A stretch of DNA of 64,000 nt. Origin: Patescibacteria group bacterium. Lineage in GTDB: Bacteria; Patescibacteriota; Patescibacteriia; UBA10025; JAHIVO01. The notes under the pieces are model-generated. The model saw only the letters and a program-made list of their open reading frames with translations. It was not told where the DNA came from and did no database searches. Shown piece after piece: positions 9,368 to 17,029 of this stretch. A program made the position numbers and the translations under genes. The stretch lies in NCBI GenBank assembly GCA_041660605.1, contig JBAZWB010000001.1, positions 329,295 to 393,294 on the forward strand, read 5' to 3'. Within the stretch, counting starts at the first letter, position 1, and each line of letters opens with the position of its first letter.

Positions 9368-10474
9368 CTATTTGCCGTAGAGGATTGGTTCGGCTTCGCC
9401 GTTCAGAACTGCACAGCCTGCGTTTACCATGGCCTGGGCTTCGAAGCTGCCCGGATGGATGCAATGGAAACGCTTGGGAATGAATTGGGATATTCGTTGC
9501 TGAACGTCAGCGACAAACTGCTTGTCCTGGCACATACCGCCGGTCAGGATCAGGGCGTCAGGTATATAGCCGATTTCTACAACCCGGCCCATGATTTCCG
9601 CGCCGATATTGCAGATCATCGTGTCATAGACCAGTCGGGCGTGCTCATTGCCGTCATTTAAGAGCTGGCGCGCGCCTGCCAGGTCGCGAACACCGAGGTG
9701 GCCGGCCAGACCGCATTTTGTCTGCAACTGTTCCTTGATATGCTGTACGGTTCTGCTTTTTGCCAGCTCGGCCGCGATCCAATCAAGAAATGGCTCGGTC
9801 GGGAGGCTGCCGGCGCGGGTGTCGGAGAAAGGTCCGCCGGCATTGGCGTCGTTGACATTGACCAGGCTTCCTGATCTGAATCCGGCGATGGTAGTGCCAG
9901 TCCCGAAGTGGCAGGCTATAATTGACTTGTCCATCCAGCCGGCACTGAAAAGCGAGCGTAAAATGTAGTGGATATTCAGCCAGTGCCCGAGTGGCCGGCG
10001 TTCAACACCGGGAAGACCGGAGAGCCTGTAGCCTTCAGGCAGAATCTGACCAGAAATCGGGTCAACGAAAATCGCTGGTACGTTGCCATGGGTCAGGGAA
10101 AAATGCTTGGCCATAATCGGGGCAAGTTGGGAGGCGTGAATGGTGTAGAGATGCTTCCTGTTAATAGCGTTGATAACCTCATCGGTGATGCCATAGATGC
10201 CGAAGCCGTTAGGTCGGCCTTTAGCATCCGGTAGCAGTGCCGGTCCGCGGCTGACAACGGCGACAATACATCCCGAGCCAATGATATTGCTTTTTTCCGT
10301 AAGCCAGCTTGCCAGTTCTTGCTGGCGCAGGGGAAGCTGGTCCTCCACACATGGCGGATAGGGCTCGGCCGGCCTTGTTTTGTCGCAGAAAATGATTTCG
10401 CTTGATTCCGCGTTGGCCAGGGTGAATTCGTTTCCGCTTCCGCCAGGATTAATGCCTAGGATTATTTTTTCCAT
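9368..10474 (-). CDS. buk: butyrate kinase family (acetate/butyrate kinase, ASKHA) protein
   Basis: ILGINPG, HASQLA, VDP, RLSGLPGVERR..HWLN, HFGTG, GPFS..RAGSLP, LTGGM. Confidence 0.8.
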   Translation of the reverse strand: MEKIILGINPGGSGNEFTLANAESSEIIFCDKTRPAEPYPPCVEDQLPLRQQELASWLTEKSNIIGSGCIVAVVSRGPALLPDAKGRPNGFGIYGITDEVINAINRKHLYTIHASQLAPIMAKHFSLTHGNVPAIFVDPISGQILPEGYRLSGLPGVERRPLGHWLNIHYILRSLFSAGWMDKSIIACHFGTGTTIAGFRSGSLVNVNDANAGGPFSDTRAGSLPTEPFLDWIAAELAKSRTVQHIKEQLQTKCGLAGHLGVRDLAGARQLLNDGNEHARLVYDTMICNIGAEIMGRVVEIGYIPDALILTGGMCQDKQFVADVQQRISQFIPKRFHCIHPGSFEAQAMVNAGCAVLNGEAEPILYGK

Positions 10475-10533
10475 AATTCCCTCCTTATGGGAATAAAGTG
10501 TGCTTTATTTGGGTTTTATTTTCTTTAATTAGA

Positions 10534-10566
10534 TAACCTTAGCAAAAGTTTATAAGAGCGTCAAAT
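10534..10566 (-). promoter_or_regulatory. promoter of the kinase gene
   Basis: minus strand TTGACG-17bp-(TG)cTAAGGT; 28/33 identical to 9198-9230. Confidence 0.6.
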
Positions 10567-10679
10567 AAGATTATTAGGTGCATAAAAAAGCGCCGGAGCG
10601 TTCTGGTCCGGCTTTGTGTCAGCATTTAAAAAAGTTTAAGGCATTATAAAAAGCTTACTACAAAATAAGCCAACGTTGG

Positions 10680-10810
10680 TGGCGGAGCGGACCCCGCCAG
10701 CGCTCACTTCGTTCGCTACGGCGGGGCAGGCGGGACTTTTAAACCCGTGACCTCTGCCGTGACCCCGCAGAATGCTCATTTTATTCGCATCTACGGGGCA
10801 GGCAGTGCAG
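10680..10810 (-). pseudogene. degenerate duplicate of the tRNA-Asp 3' half (with CCA), interrupted by two ~40-bp hairpin inserts (10692-10730, 10763-10802)
   Basis: removing the two CCCCG...CGGGGCAGG inserts restores a close match to the 3' half of the adjacent tRNA. Confidence 0.85.
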
Positions 10811-10822
10811 TTTGTATATAAA

Positions 10823-10896
10823 CGGAGCGGACGGGACTCGAACCCGTGACCTCTGCCGTGACAGGGCAGCGTTCTAGCCAGCTGAACTACCGCTCC
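10823..10896 (-). tRNA. tRNA-Asp(GTC), CCA not encoded
   Basis: GGAGCGG acceptor stem, TAGTTCAGCTGG D-arm, CTGCC-CT-GTC-AC-GGCAG anticodon arm, GGTTCGAGTCC T-arm. Confidence 0.95.
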
Positions 10897-10920
10897 ACGA
10901 ACGCGAAAATTTGAGTAATT

Positions 10921-11277
10921 CTATTTTTTATCCGGTGCCGGCAATTCTTTGAGCAGCGCGGTAAATGCCTGCGGTTCATGCTCGGCCAGATTGGCCAAAG
11001 ACTTACGATCCAGATTAATCTTGGCTTTTTTCAGGCCGTACATTAATTTGCTATAAGTAAGGCCATTCAGCCTGGCAGCGGCATTTATTTTGATATTCCA
11101 TAAGCGCCGGAAAACACGTTTTTTCTTGCGGCGATCGCGGTAAGCGTGAACGCCGGCTTTCAGCACGGCGGTTTTGGCCAGCTTGATTTTTGACTTTCTG
11201 CCCCAGCGAAAACCCTTGGTCCGCTTCAGCAGATTAGCGCGTCGTTTTGAATGTGAGACACCTCGTTTTACCCGCAT
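10921..11277 (-). CDS. rplT: 50S ribosomal protein L20
   Basis: MRVKRG...AYRDRRKKKR.FRRLW..KINAAAR. Confidence 0.97.
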   Translation of the reverse strand: MRVKRGVSHSKRRANLLKRTKGFRWGRKSKIKLAKTAVLKAGVHAYRDRRKKKRVFRRLWNIKINAAARLNGLTYSKLMYGLKKAKINLDRKSLANLAEHEPQAFTALLKELPAPDKK

Positions 11278-11278
11278 A

Positions 11279-11476
11279 TTAGTTGTAAGGAGTTAATTGT
11301 CTGATAGCTCTGATGTTTGTCTTATTCGCCGAAACATCGCGGCGTTTATTCTTAGTCACCTTGCCGGATTCGCGGGAGTTAAAATGATCCTGTCCGGCTT
11401 TTCGGCGTTTCAGGTTTTTGGCGCCCGTATATCTGAATCTTTTGGCAGTTGCTTTGTGTGTTTTTACCTTTGGCAT
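11279..11476 (-). CDS. rpmI: 50S ribosomal protein L35
   Basis: MPKVKTHKATAKRF; lies between infC and rplT. Confidence 0.95.
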   Translation of the reverse strand: MPKVKTHKATAKRFRYTGAKNLKRRKAGQDHFNSRESGKVTKNKRRDVSANKTNIRAIRQLTPYN

Positions 11477-11536
11477 ATTATTCAATGTATATTAAAAATG
11501 CTATTTAGTCTAGCTGTGGATTAAATTGAGGTAATA

Positions 11537-12052
11537 TTACGACTTTTTACCGACAATCATGAACATCCGTCCGCCCTGCTGAGTTGTCCCTTTCTCAATA
11601 TAGGCTTGTGTGCTGGCAGTCAGCGAATCGGCAAAATTTTTCATGATTTCCCTGGCCCGGTCAGCGTGCGCCCTTTCCCGGCCGCGCAGTATCAGCTCAA
11701 TCTTGGCCTTATGTCCCTTATTCAGGAATTTGACGGCCTGATCTTTTCTTAATTCCAGGTCATGCGGCCCGATTTTCAGCGACAAACGAATGCCTTTAAT
11801 TTCCACTTTTTTTTGTTTGGCCTTCTGCTTCTTTTCTTTTTTCTCCTGTTGGTACAGATAGGCGCCGTAATCCATGATTCGGCAGACCGGCGGATTGGCG
11901 ATAGGCGAGACCTCAACCAAATCAAGTCCTTTGTCTCTGGCTATCTGCAGGGCGCGATAGGTATCGACAACTCCCAGCTGTTCGCCCTGGTCATCGATAA
12001 CCCTGACCTGGGGAACTCTAATCTGATGATTTAAACGTGTGTGCTTACTGAT
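11537..12052 (-). CDS. infC: translation initiation factor IF-3, probable non-canonical ATC start
   Basis: RLNHQIRVPQVRVID, LDLVEVSP.ANPPVCRIMDYG, RGRE; ATC at 12052 sits where the IF-3 start is expected. Confidence 0.93.
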   Translation of the reverse strand: MSKHTRLNHQIRVPQVRVIDDQGEQLGVVDTYRALQIARDKGLDLVEVSPIANPPVCRIMDYGAYLYQQEKKEKKQKAKQKKVEIKGIRLSLKIGPHDLELRKDQAVKFLNKGHKAKIELILRGRERAHADRAREIMKNFADSLTASTQAYIEKGTTQQGGRMFMIVGKKS

Positions 12053-12062
12053 GTTTTTATCG

Positions 12063-12329
12063 TTAATGATTAAATTTTGTGGGATGACCAAATTTAATTA
12101 ATTTTTCCTTTTTTTCTCTACGCCAGCCTTTGATTTGTTTTTCGCGTTTTCTAGCTGACTTAAGATTATCAAACTTTTCAAAATAAACAAGCTTTACTGG
12201 TAACCTTATTTGTGTAAATTTTGGACCATTACCCTTGTTATGCCTTTTAACTCTTAAGAGTAGGTTATTAGTGGTGCCTGTATATAGTGAATTATCAGAG
12301 CATCTAAGGATGTAGAGATAATAAATCAT
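12063..12329 (-). CDS. stand-alone GIY-YIG nuclease (YhbQ/UPF0213-like)
   Basis: YYLYILRCSDNSLYTGTT..L..R...H, A.KREKQIKGW.REKK. Confidence 0.9.
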   Translation of the reverse strand: MIYYLYILRCSDNSLYTGTTNNLLLRVKRHNKGNGPKFTQIRLPVKLVYFEKFDNLKSARKREKQIKGWRREKKEKLIKFGHPTKFNH

Positions 12330-12372
12330 TTATAATTAAATTTATTACTCTGTATATTTGTATATCTGTGCT

Positions 12373-12606
12373 CTTCGGCTTCGCTCAGCCCACCATTCGA
12401 CTCGTTACATTTTGAATATTGTATATGAACTAAATATCATTTTGGTCGAATACCATGAGCGACGAGCGATAGCGAGGAGTCGAATTTATTGGGCTTCGGC
12501 TACGCTCAGCCCACCATTCGACTCGTTACATTTTGAATATTGTATATGAACTAAATATCATTTTGGTCGAAGACCATGAGCGAGCCACTTAATGTGGCGA
12601 GTCGAA
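12373..12606. repeat. ~121-bp tandem duplication of a hairpin-rich unit between the tmRNA 3' end and the GIY-YIG gene
   Basis: copies start at 12373 and 12494; shared CCACCATTCGACTCG...GGTCGAA.ACCATGAGCGA. Confidence 0.9.
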
Positions 12607-13009
12607 TGGTGGAAGCGAGGGGCATTGCACCCCTGTCCAACCTAACCTTATAAAAATGTTTACAAACTTAGCCTATTTTGAAGTTTCGAAAAAAAAGTAT
12701 AAAACAAGCAAAATCTTTTAATCCTAGTATTTTTCAAGTATTCGACAGCCATTGAAAATACTAAAATGACGGTCTAGCCCGAAAATATCACCGCTTGGCC
12801 TCTATCGGGCGTCAAGGAAGCGATGGCAGCTGGTTTTTTAGGCAACTGCGAGTGCAGGAACAGCAAAGGCCGAAGCCAAGGTGTTCTTCACTTTTGTAAC
12901 AAATGATTTGGCATTTGTATAATAGTTATCCCAGTTTTACGTCGTAGAATAACCGTAAGGACGGTTTGCGATTTTTATAAAAGTGCGGCTGTCGATTTTA
13001 AACGCTCCC
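12607..13009 (-). ncRNA. ssrA: tmRNA; tag reading frame 12912-12838 encodes AKSFVTKVKNTLASAFAVPALAVA
   Basis: 5' GGGAGCG pairs with 3' CGCTTCC-ACCA including the G3.U wobble; T-arm GGGGTGCAATGCCCC; Ala-rich tag; adjacent to smpB. Confidence 0.92.
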
Positions 13010-13116
13010 AGGAGAATATGAGGAAACAACCTAACGGTTTTTTCCTCATTACTCCTATTTCCCTCATTTGTTTTGCTCGGCCCGGGGCCCACAAGACCCG
13101 TGGCCTCGCAGTTTAT

Positions 13117-13566
13117 TTAAATTTTACTGCGTAATAATCGGTTTATGCGCCTATCTGATTCACGTTTCTTCAGGACCTCGCGCTTATCAAATTTCTTACG
13201 TCCGCGGCAAACAGCCACCTCAAATTTTATCAGACTTCCTTTAGTATAAACAGAAATAGGCAATACTGTCAACCCTTTAGCCTTCAGGGTGCCTATCAAA
13301 GAGGAAATTTCTTTTTTATGCAAAAGCAGAGTTCGATTGCGGTTTGGATCGTACTTTTTACGCGTTGAAGCGCTTTTATACGGGCTAATATGGCAGTTTG
13401 TCAGAATAAGGCGGTTGTCTTTTATGGCAATGTAGCTGCCATTAAGATTAATTTGCCCGGCTTTGGCGGATTTTACTTCCGCACCTGACAGCACGATTCC
13501 AGCTTCGTATTTATCCAAAACTTCATAATCGTGCAGGGCTTTTTTGTTTTTAATGATTGTCGGCAT
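13117..13566 (-). CDS. smpB: SsrA-binding protein
   Basis: NKKALHDY...EAGIVLSGAEVKS, R.LLLHKKEI, GRKKFDKRE. Confidence 0.96.
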   Translation of the reverse strand: MPTIIKNKKALHDYEVLDKYEAGIVLSGAEVKSAKAGQINLNGSYIAIKDNRLILTNCHISPYKSASTRKKYDPNRNRTLLLHKKEISSLIGTLKAKGLTVLPISVYTKGSLIKFEVAVCRGRKKFDKREVLKKRESDRRINRLLRSKI

Positions 13567-13648
13567 AGTAAGGTAATTATATCTTATTTGGCTGATTAAA
13601 AAAACGCCTTCAGGGATCCGTGATAAACGGGTCTGAAGGCGCTGATTA

Positions 13649-14236
13649 TCAGTTGAGGTTTTTATATTCCCCAAAATAATCGCTGGATATGGCGCCTAAA
13701 CGCACAGAACGCCCCGGTACTTGATCTGTTGGAGTATCATCGTAGAACTCTACTTCGACCCGTTCAGTGGTTTCGAGCAAGCCTACTTCAGCCAGCAGGG
13801 GAATCGGTTGCCCGTAGAAACGGGCAGAATAGTAAATCTGCAAAGCGATATACGGGCTGGAAAGAGTCATGACAATGGCTTCGGTTTCATTAGGAACCGA
13901 TAAAACCATTTCTGTTATCAGAAATTCCGGATGGTTCCTGAGCCTGATGGCTGTCACGACTGAACCGTTGGGTGCGCCCAACTGCTCAATAAGCTTTTCA
14001 GGCAATCTGGCTTTTGGCAATTCGCCGTGAAGTAGATTGCAGATGTCCTCCGCCTGTTTTTCGCTAATCAGTAAGAGCATCCAACGCTGGTTAGTTTCCG
14101 CATCTTTTAAGATGACCACCCCGGCTTCATCTTCAGGTAATTCCAAAGAGCTTTCTTGCCCCTCTCGAATTACGTATTCAGCTCCGCCAATAGCGAAGAC
14201 ATTGACTTCCACGAAATCAGGTTGTTCCGTTTGCAT
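13649..14236 (-). CDS. hypothetical protein, weak resemblance to bifunctional nuclease (DUF151) fold
   Basis: AGGAG RBS and own promoter; VVILKD...LL.I...A..I...L.G..P pattern. Confidence 0.6.
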   Translation of the reverse strand: MQTEQPDFVEVNVFAIGGAEYVIREGQESSLELPEDEAGVVILKDAETNQRWMLLLISEKQAEDICNLLHGELPKARLPEKLIEQLGAPNGSVVTAIRLRNHPEFLITEMVLSVPNETEAIVMTLSSPYIALQIYYSARFYGQPIPLLAEVGLLETTERVEVEFYDDTPTDQVPGRSVRLGAISSDYFGEYKNLN

Positions 14237-14363
14237 TTACTCTCCTTATTATTAAAAAGAGCGATAAAAGAAGTTAATTAGATAATCGTAGTTTAAGCTG
14301 AAGTAAACGTCAAGTGAGTAAATTGGGATATATATTTATTTAAAGATTGTGGATAAGTGGCGC

Positions 14364-14413
14364 TTGACTAATTTTGTCGGTAGTGATAATCTGTCAATGT
14401 GTTAATACATTGA
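14364..14413 (+). promoter_or_regulatory. promoter plus palindromic operator TCAATGTGTTAATACATTGA (14394-14413)
   Basis: TTGACT-17bp-(TG)aTAATCT directly followed by a near-perfect 20-bp palindrome before a TrpR-like gene. Confidence 0.65.
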
Positions 14414-14423
14414 TACATCCAAT

Positions 14424-14729
14424 ATGCCAAAAAGATCAATTTCCTGGAATCAAAAAAAGACGAATGATTTATTTTCCGCCATATTATTGCTGAAAAATAC
14501 CGATGAGTGCCGCCGATTTTTCAGGGATCTGTGCACCTTAGAAGAAATAGCGGATATGTCGGACCGCTGGCAAATAGTAAAAATGATTATTAGGAAAGTG
14601 CCCTATAGAAGCATTGCCAGCAGATTGAAGGTCAGTACCACTACGGTTGCCAGGGTCGCCCAGTGGCTGCGGCATGGCCAGGATGGCTACCAGCTCATAC
14701 TCAAACGCCTTGGTAATAATAAAACTTGA
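14424..14729 (+). CDS. TrpR-like (YerC/YecD) transcriptional regulator
   Basis: LF.AIL.L...EC..FF.DLCT..E......RW...YRSIA...VSTTTVARVA.WL..G..GY. Confidence 0.9.
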   Translation: MPKRSISWNQKKTNDLFSAILLLKNTDECRRFFRDLCTLEEIADMSDRWQIVKMIIRKVPYRSIASRLKVSTTTVARVAQWLRHGQDGYQLILKRLGNNKT

Positions 14730-14838
14730 TTATTTTTCTTGGTTAAACTAATATAATCCAATCAGCACCTTGCTAAATAGATATTTTTCGGAAGCGACTG
14801 CACCCAACAGTATTACTATCTTCCATGAAGGAGCCATT

Positions 14839-14928
14839 ATGGCTAACAGACGAGGCCAGGTGGAGAGATCCACTAGTACCGTTGTGCTTAAGTGGCTTAC
14901 AATCTTAAAGGAAGCTTTAAGAAAATAA
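14839..14928 (+). CDS. putative 29-aa small protein MANRRGQVERSTSTVVLKWLTILKEALRK
   Basis: AAGGAG RBS 5 nt upstream of ATG; below ORF-track cutoff. Confidence 0.45.
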   Translation: MANRRGQVERSTSTVVLKWLTILKEALRK

Positions 14929-15129
14929 GCCTTTGTTAGGAGGAGGATGAATACTTGTTGTGGGTTTTGATGGGTATCACTAAGAACCTTTGCTGGTCTG
15001 CCTTAGCTGTAATCCGCCATGGTGAAGTACGGGTATCGTGCGGATGGGTTGTTGAGTTCAATGAATCGGTATTTTTAAGGTGGAGAGCGGCTTTTGGCCC
15101 GACCATTAACGCAGGCGTATTCCGACTAA

Positions 15130-15165
15130 GGCAGGGGGGACTTCTCCTCCCTGCCGGATTTTTTT
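15130..15165 (+). terminator. intrinsic terminator
   Basis: GGCAGGG...CCCTGCC + T7. Confidence 0.65.
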
Positions 15166-15172
15166 AACTCCT

Positions 15173-15310
15173 ATGAATGATAAAGCTATTCAAAATTTAA
15201 ATCGTGTCCATCATGACAATTTTTTCTCTCCTGAGAAAGGGTTGTGTTGATGCTGAAAATAATTTTCATATAAATTCAGCCCCTTCTCGCGAGAGAAGGG
15301 GCTTTTGTTT
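15173..15310 (+). promoter_or_regulatory. putative transcription attenuator with 25-aa leader ORF (15173-15250)
   Basis: terminator AGCCCCTTCTC-GCGA-GAGAAGGGGCT-TTTG; competing segment GAGAAAGGGTTG (15233-15244) inside the leader ORF. Confidence 0.55.
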
Positions 15311-15387
15311 CAATAAAAGATTGATACTTGTGGCTGATGCCATTCTCATCATGAGGGAGCCTGAAGTTCTTTGATAAGGAAACTGTC

Positions 15388-16458
15388 ATGAAAGATAATA
15401 AGTTAGCGGATCTCGACCAGAGGTATGTCAGGCCAGGACCGGCTGGATTGCGGTATGGGATAATTGAGGTCACCACTTTTTGCCAATTCCGCTGCCCGGG
15501 CTGTTATATGGTACGGCGCGGAGCGTTGAATCACCGGCATATGTCATTAGATCAGGCGGTACGCGTGCTTGATCTTTGCCGTGATTATTGCGGACGTGAA
15601 CTGGAAACCATGGACATTTTAGGCGGTGAGCCGCTGCTTTGGCCATATTTGAAAGAATATGTGGAGGTATTACTAAAGCGCGGGATTAAGCCGTGGATTT
15701 TCAGTAATATGCTAGGGATTACCGATGAAACGGCTAAGTGGCTATTTGAGCGCCAGGTGCATGTGACCGGCAAACTGAATATCAATCCGGAAGACGAATC
15801 ACAGTTTGCGCTCCAGGCGCAGATGATCGGCTGTAACGTCCAGCTGGCTAAGGAGATGATCAAAGCGATTGATGTTTTCTTGGACGCTGGTTACCGCGCT
15901 CCGCAATTTCGTCTGCAAAACCTGGTGCGCCGGCTGAATATCGATTTTGTGCCGGAGTACTATCGTTGGTGCCTACGGCGCAATATCGAAACTGATTTGG
16001 AATTGATGGGTTCCGGAGAGCCAATCGGGTCGGAATACTGGCTAGTGGCTCCAAGGCCTCAGCAAATCGCGGAAATGATTGAGCGAATCCAGGAGGTGCG
16101 GCAGGAATTTGGTTTGGAGCCGGCGGAAGTGCTGATGCCTCATGTCTTCGGGTCTTGTCCGTTTTATGACAGAGGACTGTACTTTGCCGCAGACGGGAAG
16201 ATTCGTGCCTGCTCTAATTCAACGGTTAATTTAGCCAGTATGTCTGATGATCAGCCCATTGCCAGAGCCTATGAATCAGAGCTAATTTGCCACCGGCTAA
16301 ATTTAGCGCAAGCAAAAGTCGGAGAACCATGCCGGTCTTGCGACAAATGGGAGAAATGCCGCGGCGGTTGCCGGGCGACAGCGGAAGGTTTCGGCGGTCC
16401 ATACGCTGGCTACCCGCTCTGTCCGATGCCATTTCTTACAGGCAGTAAAGCACGTTAG
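15388..16458 (+). CDS. radical SAM protein with SPASM domain
   Basis: CQFRCPGC, GGEPLL, C-terminal CP...C...CRSC....CRGGCRA....CP. Confidence 0.9.
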   Translation: MKDNKLADLDQRYVRPGPAGLRYGIIEVTTFCQFRCPGCYMVRRGALNHRHMSLDQAVRVLDLCRDYCGRELETMDILGGEPLLWPYLKEYVEVLLKRGIKPWIFSNMLGITDETAKWLFERQVHVTGKLNINPEDESQFALQAQMIGCNVQLAKEMIKAIDVFLDAGYRAPQFRLQNLVRRLNIDFVPEYYRWCLRRNIETDLELMGSGEPIGSEYWLVAPRPQQIAEMIERIQEVRQEFGLEPAEVLMPHVFGSCPFYDRGLYFAADGKIRACSNSTVNLASMSDDQPIARAYESELICHRLNLAQAKVGEPCRSCDKWEKCRGGCRATAEGFGGPYAGYPLCPMPFLTGSKAR

Positions 16459-16464
16459 TCGTAA

Positions 16465-16505
16465 TGGGGACTTAAGATCTAGCAAATTTTAAGTCCCAAC
16501 TTTTT
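16465..16505 (+). terminator. intrinsic terminator
   Basis: TGGGACTTAA...TTAAGTCCCA + T-run. Confidence 0.65.
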
Positions 16506-16511
16506 AACATT

Positions 16512-16979
16512 ATGAAAAAAGAAATTATTAAAATTGCCAATAGAAAATTAAAAAAGTTAGCCCAACGGTACGACGGTTTTTTATATGTGATATTGGATGA
16601 CTGGCGCGGCTTCCGTTTTATTTATGATACGTTAGATGTCAGGAAATGCCGCAATGACTGCCAACGCTGTCCTTTATTTAATTTGTTTAAAGAGGAAAAA
16701 GAATCGGTTTTTTCAGCTTCCTTGATTCCCGCCTCGCCGGCCGATAAAAGGTTGTTTGGGTATCAGAATTATTTAAACTGCAAAACCCTTGAGCAGTATA
16801 AAAAATGTTATTTAAATTTTCTGAAGCAGAAAAAATTATCCAAAAGTGAAATTAAAAAAGAATTAAAATTGATAAAAAACATGAGGATTTTATCGGCCCG
16901 TGGCCGTGATCCGAGAAAAGCGGAAGCAGCTTTTAAAAGTGATATTTTTAAAAACTACAAAAAGTTAGATAAAGTATAA
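16512..16979 (+). CDS. hypothetical basic protein with Cys cluster (CRNDCQRC)
   Basis: 155-aa ORF filling the gap before argS. Confidence 0.7.
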   Translation: MKKEIIKIANRKLKKLAQRYDGFLYVILDDWRGFRFIYDTLDVRKCRNDCQRCPLFNLFKEEKESVFSASLIPASPADKRLFGYQNYLNCKTLEQYKKCYLNFLKQKKLSKSEIKKELKLIKNMRILSARGRDPRKAEAAFKSDIFKNYKKLDKV

Positions 16980-17029
16980 TAATTTGATAATTTCTTTTCT
17001 TTTACAATTTTTTTGGGTATAATGTATTC

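Noticed and set aside
12373-12606. Possible CRISPR array
   Set aside because: Only two ~121-bp units with identical inner sequence, no unique spacers and no cas genes.
13011-13070. Imperfect inverted / 9-mer repeat between smpB and ssrA
   Set aside because: Too short and degenerate to assign; may be a simple hairpin.
13567-13674. SmpB N-terminal extension
   Set aside because: Overlaps the upstream gene; the family start is MPTIIKNKK at 13566.
14947-15129. Stop-codon reassignment (code 25) rescuing an ORF
   Set aside because: The frame also contains TAG/TAA stops, and TGA ends several clear genes (e.g. metG at 63664).
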